This document shows positions 24,401-38,600 of a stretch of 64,000 nt of DNA, piece by piece. The number at the start of each line of letters is the position of its first letter. The stretch's first letter is position 1. Where the stretch lies: the NCBI GenBank assembly GCA_021613535.1, contig CP075495.1, positions 9,052,001 to 9,116,000 of the forward strand. Direction: 5' to 3'. Source of the stretch: Adineta vaga (lineage: Eukaryota > Animalia > Rotifera). Made by a program: the position numbers and the translations under genes. The notes beneath the pieces were generated by a model. The model was given only the letters and a program-made list of their open reading frames with translations, had not been told where the DNA came from and made no database searches.

Positions 24401-27400
24401 ATGCGAACAGGTTTGATCTAGAAAAAGTTCAAAGTATAGGAGAATTAATTTCCTTTTTTCGAAACATGTTTTAGCTGAACCAACATCAAGTAATGAAGAT
24501 GAAGATGATGATGAATCAGAAGCAGAAACACGTCTAATACCACGAGAAGTTCTAATGGTAAAACGAAGAATTTTACATATTAAAACTGTCTAACAAATGT
24601 AAAATATTCAATTTTAATTTTCAGCAACATCGATCACGTTTTCAACGTGGAACACCAGCAAATCAAGACGAATCAGACGAAGATGAAACAGTAACAAATG
24701 TCCATCCAAACATTAGTCAGGTATATAACATAAAAATGAATTCTTAGTTCTCAATAAAATATTTCTTTATCTTCTGTTTAGATGTATAAACCTGAAGATT
24801 TATCTACACCAACCAAACGTCCCACTTCCGGTTCAGGTTTTGTCATAAATAATTCGAAAAATATTGTTCTTCCCGATGATCAAATGGAAATTGATGATGA
24901 TGATGACGATGATGATGATCCAAATGAAATATCTGATGAAGATCTTCGTGGAATGGTTCTACCGTCTGTGGTACAATCATCATTAAAACAACAATTGAAT
25001 CGTAGAACAAAACAACAACAACAACAACAACACCAGCAGCAGCATATTGAAAAAGATGTTCGTCAACATCATGATGATGAAGGCAATCAGAGTGATCATG
25101 AAATGAATAGTTCCAAAAAACGATATCCAGAAAAGGTAACTTGTTTTATTTTGATAATAGAAAACGAAAATATTGCTTTTTATTCTAGGCTTGTTCACCT
25201 GAAAGTGCTGAAGATGCATCGCAAGCTGGATCACTTCCATCAGAAATGGAAACAGAAATCTATGATTGTCGAGAAGCAATGAGACCAAAGAAAAAACGGT
25301 AAGAAGTTGTAGTATGCGAAGATTTCGAAGAATTTTAGAGATGCTTTGTTTTTGCTCATTTTATAGTGCTCGTCATAACACTGATGATGACGATGACGAT
25401 GATGATGAGGAAGAAGAAGAAGAGGAAGGCGATTTTGGTTCATCTGCATCTGATGTTCTCAGTGAAACAGGTTCAGCCAAAAATATGGCTGATTTTGAAG
25501 ATATGAGTGAATCTGAGCAGCAGCAGCATCAACAACAAACAACATGTGCACGTCGAATGCGTATTAATCATCCGTTATCTGATATAACATCTGCCACTGC
25601 AACGGATCAACAAGGTCGAAAACGACTTGAAAATGAACAAAATCTTGGTAGTCAAACATCTTCATCATCTTCATCTTCATCATCTGCTGAATCAACGAAT
25701 GGTTCGAGTACAACTGGAAATCCAGGTACTATCGATGATGATGAAATCAATATTTCAAATCTATCATTACCGGGACAAACACTTCTATGGGATTTGTTAC
25801 AAGATCAAACAATAATTAATACTTCTCATCTACCAGATATATTATTGAATGAAACGGAACGTTTATTTAGTCATGTTCTTAGTTCAATTGAAGACAAACG
25901 TATACTATTACATTTTATTCAAGCATGTTTAGATAATTTGCAAAAATCAACATCAAGTTTAATATCATTACGTTTATTACCAAAATTATTCTTGATCTTC
26001 CAACAACATCAACCACGTTCTAATACAAATATTTTCCTATTATTTGAAGAAAAATATCATGTATTAAATGCTTTTTTTAATGATTTAGAACAATTAACAA
26101 AACATTTACAAACAAATACAACTTCCTTATCGATACATAATGAAATTACAGTTCGTTTTCAATTTCTGTCATTCATTTTTTCAATCTCTGCATCACCAAA
26201 AGAATTCAGTATGTGAATGAATCGAAAAAAAAATAAAAACAAATAAGTAATCTTTTTTCTTTCCTAATAGATTTAACACAAAATCAAGCAGATAAACTAT
26301 GGGATTGTTTAACAATTATGACAGGTTCAACAGGTACAAATCGTGAAGAACTCTACAATTGGCTATTAAGTCAATTGAAAAATCGTGATGGTGGACATGC
26401 ACTTTCATTAGAAACATTCAAACATCTACTTACCGAAAAGGTATGTCTTGTAAATTTCTGGTTTTAATAGAAATGAATTGTATATTTCATGTGAATTTTC
26501 TAGCTTTTAACTCAAAAACCTGAACATGTTTGTTGTCAACAATTGAATTTAATTCAAGAAATACTTCAACAAAGTCGTTCGAATTGGGTACATATTCTTC
26601 AGCAACAACAAACATCACCAACAACGAATCTTACTCAACAATATAATGATTTTCAAACATTTGAATTTCTAATATTAAATTATGTTAGCGATGTTGCCAT
26701 GCGTGCATTAGATCAAAATGTTAGTACATTAGCAGCTCAAACATTAAATAGTTATCAAATTCAAAATGAAGATGGAACATTAGATCGTGAAGAACCATTT
26801 ATTGCTCGTTGTATGAATTGTTTAAATGAATGTATTAATACTGTACAAGATATTTCATCGCTACGAACAATTAATCGTATTTCAGTTTTATTACGTACAC
26901 ATTTAGAATTATTTACACGTCGGTATTCCTATGTCATGCGTCTTTATCAATATATATCCCAAACAAATACGAATAACTCGAATCAATTGTTTTCTTCTTC
27001 ATCTCTTAAATCACATGTCAAACAAATCGCATTAACAGATGATCGAGATACAAATTTAATAAAACTTATCTGTAATGCACCAATGACCAGTGGTGGAACA
27101 GAAAAATATATACTAAAAATGAATCCAAATGATTTAATTGGAGATTTAAGAGCAGAATTGACACGTTGGTATTGTACATTGAAATCACCTATGACAAATG
27201 TTTTAACACAAACATTATTAACTATTGAAAAAAATGATTTACCTTTATCAACACAAACAAATCCATCAATAATATCTGCAACAACATCATCATCATCTTT
27301 TGATCTTCTTCATATGTCGAATTTACCATCCATACGTGTTCTTGCAAATGGACAAGAACTTGATCGAGATATTGATGATAAAACTTTGAACGAATGTAAT

Positions 27401-30400
27401 ATTAAAGAGAATCAAACTATATTAATTAATGCATCGACAAGAAATCGAACTAAAGATTTGTATAGTATTGATGAACGTCTTTTAAAGAATTATATTCCAC
27501 AAAAGATGCCCATGATGTTATTATTAAAATATATTGAACAATTCTTTTCAATACTTGCACAATTACAAACGTTTATTGAAACATCATCAGAAGTAAAATT
27601 TGAATTTAAAAAAAAGAACAATTCTATAAATAATATTTTTATTTTAGCATGGCGAAGCTCGTTTAGCTGTGAGTCGTCTATGGGAAATTCTTTTACTTAT
27701 TCCAACACATAGTGGTATTTTTCAAAAATTATCACAATTAAATGAATTTAATGATAATGACAATAATAGCGAACAATGGGCAGCTTGTTTACAACGTTCT
27801 GATCCATTTCGTTTAACTTATTCATTACAAATCATCGATATGCTTATACGACGAATGTCAACATATAAAGATATGTTTGTTCGAAAAGGTGGTTTGAAAT
27901 ATCTTTATGATCTATTTATTTCCAAATCATTTTTTACGGGACCTATTGATCGTTCATGGTGTGCAGGATTACCTGACGCATTATTGTATACATTGAAAAT
28001 TCTTTGTTCGTGTCTATTAAAAATACCGACACCATCAATTCAATCTTCTACACAGCAACAGCAACAACAACAACAAGAGCAGCAACAACCTCCCCCACCA
28101 GCATCTGCACCACCTGTAACAATATGTACTGCTATTGATGAACAACATTCACCTCGAACACCAATGAATACAAGAAAAAAAGTGAGTTGATCATCTTTCT
28201 TTTAAAAGAAATTCAGAACAAATTCATTATAGGCAAGACGTGAAACAACAACACCAGCACTTCTTGCTGCTCTATCATCATCTGATTTAACTAGTATGGA
28301 AGTTTCATCATCAACACCAATGATTCATCAACAATCTCATTTTCATATCTATGAATCTCATTGGGAAAATGTGGCATTAATCGATAAAGACATACTCTTA
28401 GATACTTTAATCGATATTCAATTATCTATTGTTACTAAAAGTACGCGTCTATGTTGTCCAGTTGTTTTATTACAATTCGCTAATCGTACTGATTTATTAC
28501 ATACATCCATGATATTATTTATTACTTTATGTCATTCATATGATGATATTCGTACGAAATTTATTGAACATCCAAAATTAAGTTTATGGTTAAAAACATT
28601 ACTCTTAGATGCTTATGATACATTATTAAAACGTGAGGCTCTTCATAATATTTATCGATTATCTATGGTGTCAAGTACTAATATTAGTAATAACTCATCA
28701 GGTATGACATCATCTTCACATTCAGAGATAAACTACGAGATAAGAAAAAAATGTTGTCTTACAATCAAAGACATTTTTTTAAAAAAGATCTTCTCTTCTT
28801 TTTAGGAGCAAGTGATGAATTAAATATTCAACCTATAACAGATTTTCCTCCTCCTCCACCTATTCCTACTCAACGTAGTTGTTTAATCGATGAAGAAAAA
28901 GCTGCTCAAACTTTAACGATCTCAACATCCATTGAACCATCAAATGAACCTCCAGCTGAACGTATTTGTCTCGTACCAATTCTTACAAATCTTCTTGAAT
29001 TGATACCTTATGCACTCAAATTTACTTCATTATCTCAATCGAATCTTGATTCCAATTCAACTCTATCATCTTTTTCTCTCCAATCATTACATATTCCATC
29101 AACTATTATAACCAAATGTGATAATCATTCTCTATTTCTTAATCAATCATCTCATGAATATTTTCATTTATTAACATCAATGATTGATCGAATGCATTAT
29201 GATGAAATCAAGCAAATCAAACTAAATCGAACAAAATTTTCTAATCAAATACATTCAAATTCAACGAATCCAATCTTATTTGATCATGAATTAATAGAAA
29301 TTTTAATAAATCTTATTCATGAACATGTACCATATGAAACACAACGTGATAAATTAGTTGAAGATGAAGTTCTCTTTGGTTTACTTTGTATATTAACATC
29401 AATTATTAAACAATATAATAATTCATATTTTAAACAAATCAATATCAATGATAATCCACAATATAAAGAATTAACATTTGATTTAATTGATCGTGTATTT
29501 AAATATCTATTCGAACTTCCAACAAGTGAAAATCGTTGTGTACCAAAATGTAAATCATTATTAACACGTGCAAAATCTTATGAATTTCTCAATGAATTGA
29601 TTAAAATCAATCGTGAAAATTTCATTCAATTACAAAATAAACTTCTTCAACAACATAATTCAATTGATCGACAACAACCATATATATGGGATTATTGGCC
29701 ACGTGATGATGGTCGTTCCTATTCAGGCTATGTTGGTTTAACAAATTTAGGTGCAACATGTTATGCTGCGACAAGTATTCAACATTTATATATGATACCA
29801 GAATTACGTACGGCAATAATAAATTCAAATAAAACTGGAAAACATGATATGATACTCTATGAATTGAAACGTATGTTTGCATATCTATTGGAAAGTGAAC
29901 GTCGATCGTACAATCCGAAAAGTTTCTGTAAAGTTTATACAATGGATGGTTTACAATCATTGAATACAGGTGATCAAAAAGATATGACAGAATTTTTTAC
30001 AGATCTAATAACAAAATTAGAAGAAATGTCCGATGATTTGAAACAATTAGTTCGAGAATTATTCTGCGGAATATTAACAAATATTGTTATTTCATTTGAT
30101 TGTCCACATATATCAAGAAAATTAGAAGAATTCTATACAGTTCGTTGTCAAGTAGCAGATATGAAAGATGTTCATGAATCTTTAGCTGAATTAACAGTTA
30201 AAGATACATTAGAAGGCGATAATATGTATACATGTTCGAAATGTTCGAAAAAAGTTCGAGCAGAAAAACGTGTTTGTTTTCGAAAATTACCGAAAATTCT
30301 TTGTTTAAATACAATGAGATATACATTTAATATGGTAACAATGCAACGAGAAAAAGTCAATACATTATTTCAATTTCCTATGCAATTGGATATGAGTGGT

Positions 30401-33400
30401 TATATGGAAACAAATTTAATTGATAAAAATAAATTAATGGGTGATGATAATCATGAACATGAAGATGAGAAAGATAATGAAAGGTAAGCTTTCATGTAAA
30501 ATAAAAGATAAACACAATCGTCTTTTTCATTTTGTCTAGTAGTTCAAGTAAAAACCATCCATCATCGCCATCCATGGGTAATGAATCTCATTTATTTGAA
30601 TTAATTGGTGTTACTGTTCATACGGGTACAGCTGAAGGTGGTCATTATTATTCGTTTATACGTGAACGTGTTAAACGTCCATTAGATAATAATGTTCTAG
30701 TGAATTCAGATTCTTTATTAGATAATTCTTCACAATCTCAACAACATCGTTGGTATTTATTTAACGATGCTGAAGTTAAACAATTTGATCCATCACAAAT
30801 AGCTAATGAATGTTTTGGTGGTGAAATTACATCGAAAGGTTATGATCAAGGTTCCGATCGTTTTCTCGATTTTCAATTTGAAAAAACACATTCAGCATAT
30901 ATGCTATTTTATGAACGTATCGATACACCTTTACTTTCAACAACAACATCATCAAATATTCCAATATTACAATTGAAAGATCCAATTCCATATGTCATAT
31001 CAAAAGATATATCCGATTGGATTTGGGAAGATAATCGACGCTTTGTTCGTGATCGACATCTTTTTGATCATCATTACTTTACATTTATGTGGACACTTTG
31101 TCATTATCTAGTACCAACAAATCCATTAGCTATCAAAGAAACTGAACAAATTGATAATACAAATACATCATCGGAATCATACGATATGTTACCCATACAA
31201 TTAGCAATAACATTCGTTTTTGAAACTTATATACATGCAAAAGATAAACCAACTATGGCTGGTTGGGTCGAATATTTATGTAAACAATTTACAGCATGTA
31301 AACCAGTTGCTGTTTGGTTTCTTGCACATATGACACAAGATGATACATGGTTAACAAAAGTCTTAGTAAGATGTCCAAATCATACCATTCGTCATATGTT
31401 TGCACGTGTTCTCATTGATGTTTTACATAAAAGTCGTTTTCGGTAAGTAAAAATTCGAAGGAGATTTTCATCATCTTGAATTCTTGATTTTAGTGATTCG
31501 TCCAATGAAGATTCTCTTGTTGTTCAACAATTTATTCGTAAATATTTATTAATTATCAATGAAGGTGGTGCACGTTTACCAATTCGATATATGTCCGAAT
31601 ATTTCGTTTTTCTTCATGATTTTGCTCGTAATGGTAATGATGAATGTTATCTCTTACTTGATTGCTTATGTATACAACAATTAATTACCTTCTATATGTT
31701 ACATCGTGGTCGACAACCGAAACAATCATCATCAAACAATAATAATGATGATGGAAATACGAGTTCTGATGATGAAAATCAATCGAATACAAATTTATTA
31801 ATGTCAACAAATGCAATTGATGATGATATTATTCCATTGAATACAATACGTTTACCAACAAATAATAATCTAAATCGTCCAGGTATATTTGAAAAAATGT
31901 TTCCATTAATTGCTCTATTATTGGAAACTGAACGTACACGAACGAATTTGGATAATTTTGATTTACATCTATTTATTGAAAATGATTTTGCATTTATTCA
32001 ACAACAAATTCTTGATAATATTAATTTAAAAGCAACAGCACATATTATTCAATTGATATGTTATAAAAATGAAGTCTATGCAAATAAAATTGTCAATTTA
32101 TTATGTCAATGGATTATTAATTATAATAATGATATGAATAGTTTACAAGCACTATTTAAAGTTTTAACTTATTTAATTGAACAAAATCCTAATAATATCA
32201 ATAATGATACAACTGATCAACAACAAGTAGCATCAACATTAGTTCTCGATAAGAATTGGTGTGATTTTGCATCATTAATTGTTATACGTATTGGTAAACT
32301 TATTGATATATGTCCAACACAAGTATTTGAATGGTTTAATAATGTTGTAACAAAATCTTCGATTATACATCGATGGATTTATAATAACATACGACAATGG
32401 TTAAAATCTTATCTCCTATATAATACTTATACAAAAGTACGAACATTAATTGCACAATTATTAGTTGCACTTGTACCTTCAACTATATTTCGACAAACAT
32501 ATCGTACAGGTAAATATTTCTTAAATTTATCAAAACAACAACTAGCAACAGCAGCACAATCAACAACAACAACTACAACAACTCATGGAACAATTACATC
32601 TTTATTAACATTTAATCAACAGGTAAAAATTGCTTTCATATCTTCTTAGATGAAATATCTTTTCGATAATCATAGATATCTTCTGTTCCAAATACGACAT
32701 CATTTTCATCCCTATTTGATCATCAACAATTTGCTCAATATCCATTAGATTTTACATCTGAAACTTATACAATTCTACGAAAATTATTATCCTATCTTCT
32801 TGAACTTCTCATTGAAATAGGTCATGATCAAAGTGAACTACATATGAATGATAATCAACAACGTTTAGTACAATATTTATCTGTTTTAATACATTTTACT
32901 CGTTATACATCTGAGAAAACACTTTTAACTGAAAATGAATATCTTCATTCCTTATGTTCATTAGTATCTCATCCAAAATTAATGGAAGATCATACGATAA
33001 ATAATGGAAATAAATTATTAATTTTCATTTTCTTACAACAATTATTACATGAAAAAATCTTTTTAACAAATATTCTCAATTATGAACATGATTTCAAACA
33101 ACAATTACCTATGTGCTTAATTATTGTTGATCATGAAGATCAAGAATTAATCTTATATAATCGATTATTTCTATTTATTTATTATAATATTTTAAAACAA
33201 TTCTGTCAATATTCATGGACATATGCCAAAGAATTAGCATCACATAAGAATATGTCATGGGCATTGAAAAATGTTCTTCCCTATGTACAATTATATCCAG
33301 ATGCATGTGAACAATTATTAGGTATATGTAAAATGATATCACATACAAATCGAGAAAATCTTAGTATTGATGATCAATTAATTATAACGGATTTTAAAAA

Positions 33401-35174
33401 AGAATTATATTCATTAATTTATCGTTTTAATGATATACGTTCATCATGGACAATTATCTTAGAATTAACACGTGATATGTGTGATTTACAAGCATCACAT
33501 GATGAACGTTTACAAATATTAAATCGTCGTGGTTTACCAGTATTAACAACGATATTTTTTACGATATTTACATTATATCATGAACAAAATCAAACACAAA
33601 TTTTAACCATTCAAAATGATTTAATTTATTTATTGAGTTTAATTGCAAATCTTCTTGAAACAGCTGATACACAAATAAAAAAACCACAAACAAATCCAAC
33701 AATTAATATGAGAAATATTGTTGGTACACAATGGAAAGAAAAAATGGAATTAGTTGGTAAATTACTTCACTTATTAAATTCATATAATTCAAGTGAAATT
33801 AGACAACGTGCTCTTGATCTTTTGAAAAAAATCATCGTTCAATTGAGTATACAAGATTTAACACAAGTTGCATTACTTGTTAAAACAACACATGAACAAG
33901 CAGCAGCACAACCTCATCCACAACTCGGTCCATGTAAGATAAGATAACAGTATGAGTCATATAAAATATACGTTTCTTTTTTTCTTTTCAAGATTTTCCA
34001 CGTCGAAAACAGGCAACTAACGGTTCACAACAACAACAACAACAGCAGCAAGGTAATTTTAAAAAAAGACATTATTTGAAGTTGATCCAACTTTTTCAAT
34101 TCTATTTTAGGAACAATCGATCGAATTGGTAATGTATCGATACATACTCTCTTTCGTCCACATTTTGGCATGTATTTCAAAACACAATTACTTGAAACAT
34201 CAAAAGGTCGTGATTTAGGTTTGTTATATATATATATATATCTTTTATTTGTTTTTATTTTTATATCTTCTTGTATAACATATTTAGAATTTGATCGTGC
34301 TGTTCATGCTTACTATTCACCTTATCATGCATTTATTGATTCTTTAGCACGTTATGCATACAATCAAAGTGCATTGAGTGGTTCAATATTAAATCTTGTT
34401 ACACTTGTTGCTTGTGAAGGTGTTCAAAGTATGCATCTTCAATTATTTGCAAAATTATGTTTGGAAATTTCGAGTCAATCAAAAACATGTGCACAAACAT
34501 TAATTCATGATCTTTTACAAACATCATCATCGTATTATTTTCATCATTTTATTGAAATTGTTCTCATTGATGAACGAATATCTTTATATCAAGCAGATAA
34601 CTATTCATTTCTTTATACATATTTACCAATGATTTTATCCATGAAGAAAACGTTAACGACAACAAATGATTCGATTCAAATATTTATTCAACGTCTTGAA
34701 CAATTATTACATAAAACATGTGAACATTGTTTACAATCGATCTATAATGAATCACAAACAAATTTAGATTGGTTACAATCTTATAAAAAATTAGTCAAAT
34801 CAATTAGTTATTCTCATAAACAAATTGTTGGTGATGTGAAAGCATTAGAATTATATTTACATTGTCAATTAATAACAGATAAAAGTAAGATACAAACTGT
34901 TATTGAACAAAGTATTCGATTTATTGAAAAAAATTTACAATTACCATTACAAATTGATGATGAACAACAAGAAAGTGAATCAACAACGATTGCTGATGAT
35001 GAAAATAATCCTATTAAGAAACGACGATTAGATGATAGTAATTTAACTATTGATATTACAAATAATGATCCAAAACGTAAAGCAATTATGGATGCCTTAC
35101 AAGTTCTACAAACATTTTTGACAAATATCAATAATATTTCTAATGATGATGAACCGACCACCATTGAACAATAG
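21443..35174 (+). CDS. USP34: Ubiquitin carboxyl-terminal hydrolase 34 (USP34/puffyeye), large multi-exon gene
   Basis: N-terminal CxxC start with W.Q.RC.C; FGPNLHTEL; UBL-like GQEL..D.DDKTL; Cys box YWP...GYVGLTNLGATCY; His box GVTVHTGTAEGGHYYSFIR; WYLFND; FEKTHSAYMLFY. Confidence 0.95.
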
Positions 35175-35621
35175 TAGTAATGATTTCGAACTTTCTATAC
35201 GTTGTCTTGTCTTTCATACATATATATATATATATATATACTTTCGTATGTTGTTAATCATTATTAATGACAACGTCTTCAAGTTTTCCCGTTTTCCTTT
35301 TAGCAGCATTGCGTTGTGTTATGATCAATCCGCGCAAAAGAGAAAAACATTCGTTTCATATATATATATCCTATATATACCTATATATATATTTGTTGTT
35401 ACTGTGCGTATTCCAGACATTGGTTATTTTTTTCTTGCGTTCATTTTTTCTTTTTCTCGTACATTTCATTTTTTTTTCTTTTTGTGTAATTTCAATGAGA
35501 AGAAAGAAGAAAACTCTTGATGATTTTCTATGTATATATAAACATGGGAAAAAAGAAAAATTTCACTCAGAAAAAAAAAGATATTTAAACTTATTTATAG
35601 ATATTAATCTTAACTGGTATA

Positions 35622-38600
35622 ATGGACTCACAAAATTCTGTAGAAAGTAAGAATCAATTGTATGACACAAGCGTGCGTAAATGTTGATTTTTTTTTCCAT
35701 ATATTTTCTACAGCTCTAACTATTGCTTTGATTGATACACTTTCGGATAAGAATGACAAAGTACGTGATAGTGTGAGTCAATCGATCGTTGATACTGGTA
35801 AAAAATTACCTCAATCAACTGTAATACTTTGTACGAATTATCTTAATAAACATCAAAAACTTCCGGAAACACATCGTGCCGCTATTCTACGCGTAATCGA
35901 ACGTATTCTCAATTATCAACAACAACAACAATCAGATGAAAAAGTACCATTTGATAATGATACATTTCAATTATTAACTCGTGTTGCAGTAAATGAATTG
36001 ACAATACCAAAAGTTTGTTTTTCCATTTCATAATTATTTCTCTCTTCATCTTTCTATTCTTGATAATAATGCTAGGAACTGATTCCTGTATGGCAACAAG
36101 CAGCTTCCGATGTTCTAGTGGAAATTGGTAAATATGAACCTGATCTTGTTTGTACTGCTATTTCACCACATATGCCAGCTGGTCAATTACCTCAATTTTT
36201 CGTTTTACAAACGGTTGGTAGTTTAGCAGAAGCAAATCGTAAGTCAACTTTTTATCAATTATAATAAAGATATGATTTCTATGCATATGAAGCACGTGGA
36301 ATGGTTCATCAACTTCGACCGATGTTTAGTCGCATTTTACCAATGATGGGCATGGTGAAACAAGAAAACTATCGTTGGGTTTATACTGCTGTACTTTTTA
36401 AATTTTGTCTGGCTTTAATTGATTTTCAAGCAAATGGTGATGAAACAGCACGAATCACATTTGCGCCACAACAATTTGAGAATGATGCATTTGCTGCTTA
36501 CGAAGTCTTTCTTACATCAGCTTGGATTGGTTCAAAAGAATTGAAAGTAGATTTTCAGAGAAGAGCTTCAGTTTTAAAAATAAGTTCTATTTTTGTAATA
36601 AATAGGTTCGAAATATTTGTGTTCAAGCCGTAGGTCGTCTTGTGTATTTATTTTCTGCATCGAAATTTACTGAACAATTTCCACGTTTAATACAAAATGT
36701 TCTTGGATTTTATCGAAAAAATGTCGATCATTTATATGTTAGTGAAACACTAAATTCTGTTGTACTTCTAGCAGATCAATGGAATGTTGCACAATTGAAA
36801 GTATCAATGGATATTATTTTACGAGAAGTTTTAAACGAGGTAGACTTGTTCTTTTTACTTTAAACATGCTTTGAGTACATATTCTATTTTGAATTTTAAA
36901 AGATTCAAGGTAATTACGAAGCATTCGAAAATGGAAATGAACAAGCAGTTAAAAATCAAAATGAATTATTACGTACAATACAAATACTTGGTATGAAATC
37001 TTTCGATATCTCTAAGATATCTATTGTATTTAAAACAATATTTAGGTAAACATTCACCACAAACAATATGGCCTTGGCTCTTACAACGAATGGAACAAGC
37101 AGGTTCAAATGATAAATTACGTATTGTCCTTCTTGTTATTTATCGTCATCTTGTCTATGCTTTTGGCAATGATGCACCATCGACACCATTTGATTATAAA
37201 TCACTACTTGTCTCAAGTTTAAGACCAACATTAAATACTGCAACATTGAAAGTATAATAAGTCGAGACAAAGCTTTCTTTTCAAATTTAGTCATCTATTT
37301 AGATTACAAAATACTTGTCCCAATTAATTGTAGCTATGGCTTGTCATGGTTATTTACAATTAGAAGGACGACGATTTTTAATTGAATATATTATTCGAAA
37401 TTGTACATATCCAATTACTGGAAATGATGATCATAAAGCAGATGCATCAGGAGCACCAACTCCTGATGTTCGTATAATGTGTCGAAATATTTTAAATGCT
37501 TTTAGTTCGACTATTGAAGGCATGGATGAAGTAATGATTTGAAATAGGTTTTAATTTACATTGAATGTTCTTTGTTCAAGGTTTTATGGCCATTATTAAT
37601 GGAATTTCTTGTTTCTGAAGTATATACCGGTGCATTTGGAATCATTTGTAAAGCATTAGCACAAGCTGGTCAACAACAAATCGCTGCAAAAAAGGATACA
37701 TTTTGGGTTGATTTTGATATTTTAGTTAATTTACCAAAACCAAATGAAATTATAACACGATGCTTTGTATGTTTAACTAGAAAAATAAAGATATCTTTTG
37801 ATATTGTCATTTAGGTCTTACTTGGCGAACCATTAGTTGAAGAAACACGTGGTATATCAATTCTTAATTTTCTTCGTATTGCAGTAACAGAATTAAAAGC
37901 TGACTTAAGAGAATTATGGGACAAAGTTATTCCACGCTTACTTCAAAATTTAACTAACAATGAAGATGATGAAAATAAGAAATTTGATTCATCCAATTGG
38001 CAAGATCTTATACTTAAAGTATGTACTTTGTTTCTCTGATTACTCTTGAAAAAAAAAATATTATTGTAGTTTCTTTCGAAAACACTTGATGTTATTGAAC
38101 GCGAAGATTGGATTAGTGATATAGGTGCTTGTTTTGTTAAACAATTACCTTTATATATAAAATTAGAACATGAACGTGGTTTTGCTTATAAATGTATTGG
38201 TATAGTCCTACGAAAATCGAAAATCAATGAATTTGTTAGTCGTACACTTGAATCCATGACAACAGTGATCAATTTTCAACATGAACATGAACGAAATGGT
38301 TGGTCAACAATGTTTGGTTTATGTTCAGCAACACATCTTGATATAGTTTTACAACGACTTGAATTATATTTGAAAATTGCTGATTCGAAAGGTTCAAGTT
38401 CAGCCGGTGGTGGTGGTGGTCTTTTTAGTTTTCTTGGTTCAAAAACAGAGACACATTCAGATTTAGCACGTGCTACAACTCTTCTAGCATATGCTTATGT
38501 TTCAATTTATGCATCATTAGAATTAATTGTTTCACGTTTGGAAACAAGTATACTCGTGAGTGCCGTAAAAATTGCTCGAACAATCAAAGAAGAAACAGGC

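Noticed and set aside
23610-25449. Several minus-strand ORFs rich in His, Ser or Leu
   Set aside because: Antisense shadows of low-complexity Asp/Gln/Glu exons of USP34.
35143-35650. Two hydrophobic ORFs after USP34
   Set aside because: AT-rich 3' UTR and intergenic sequence with (TA)n tracts; composition artefact.
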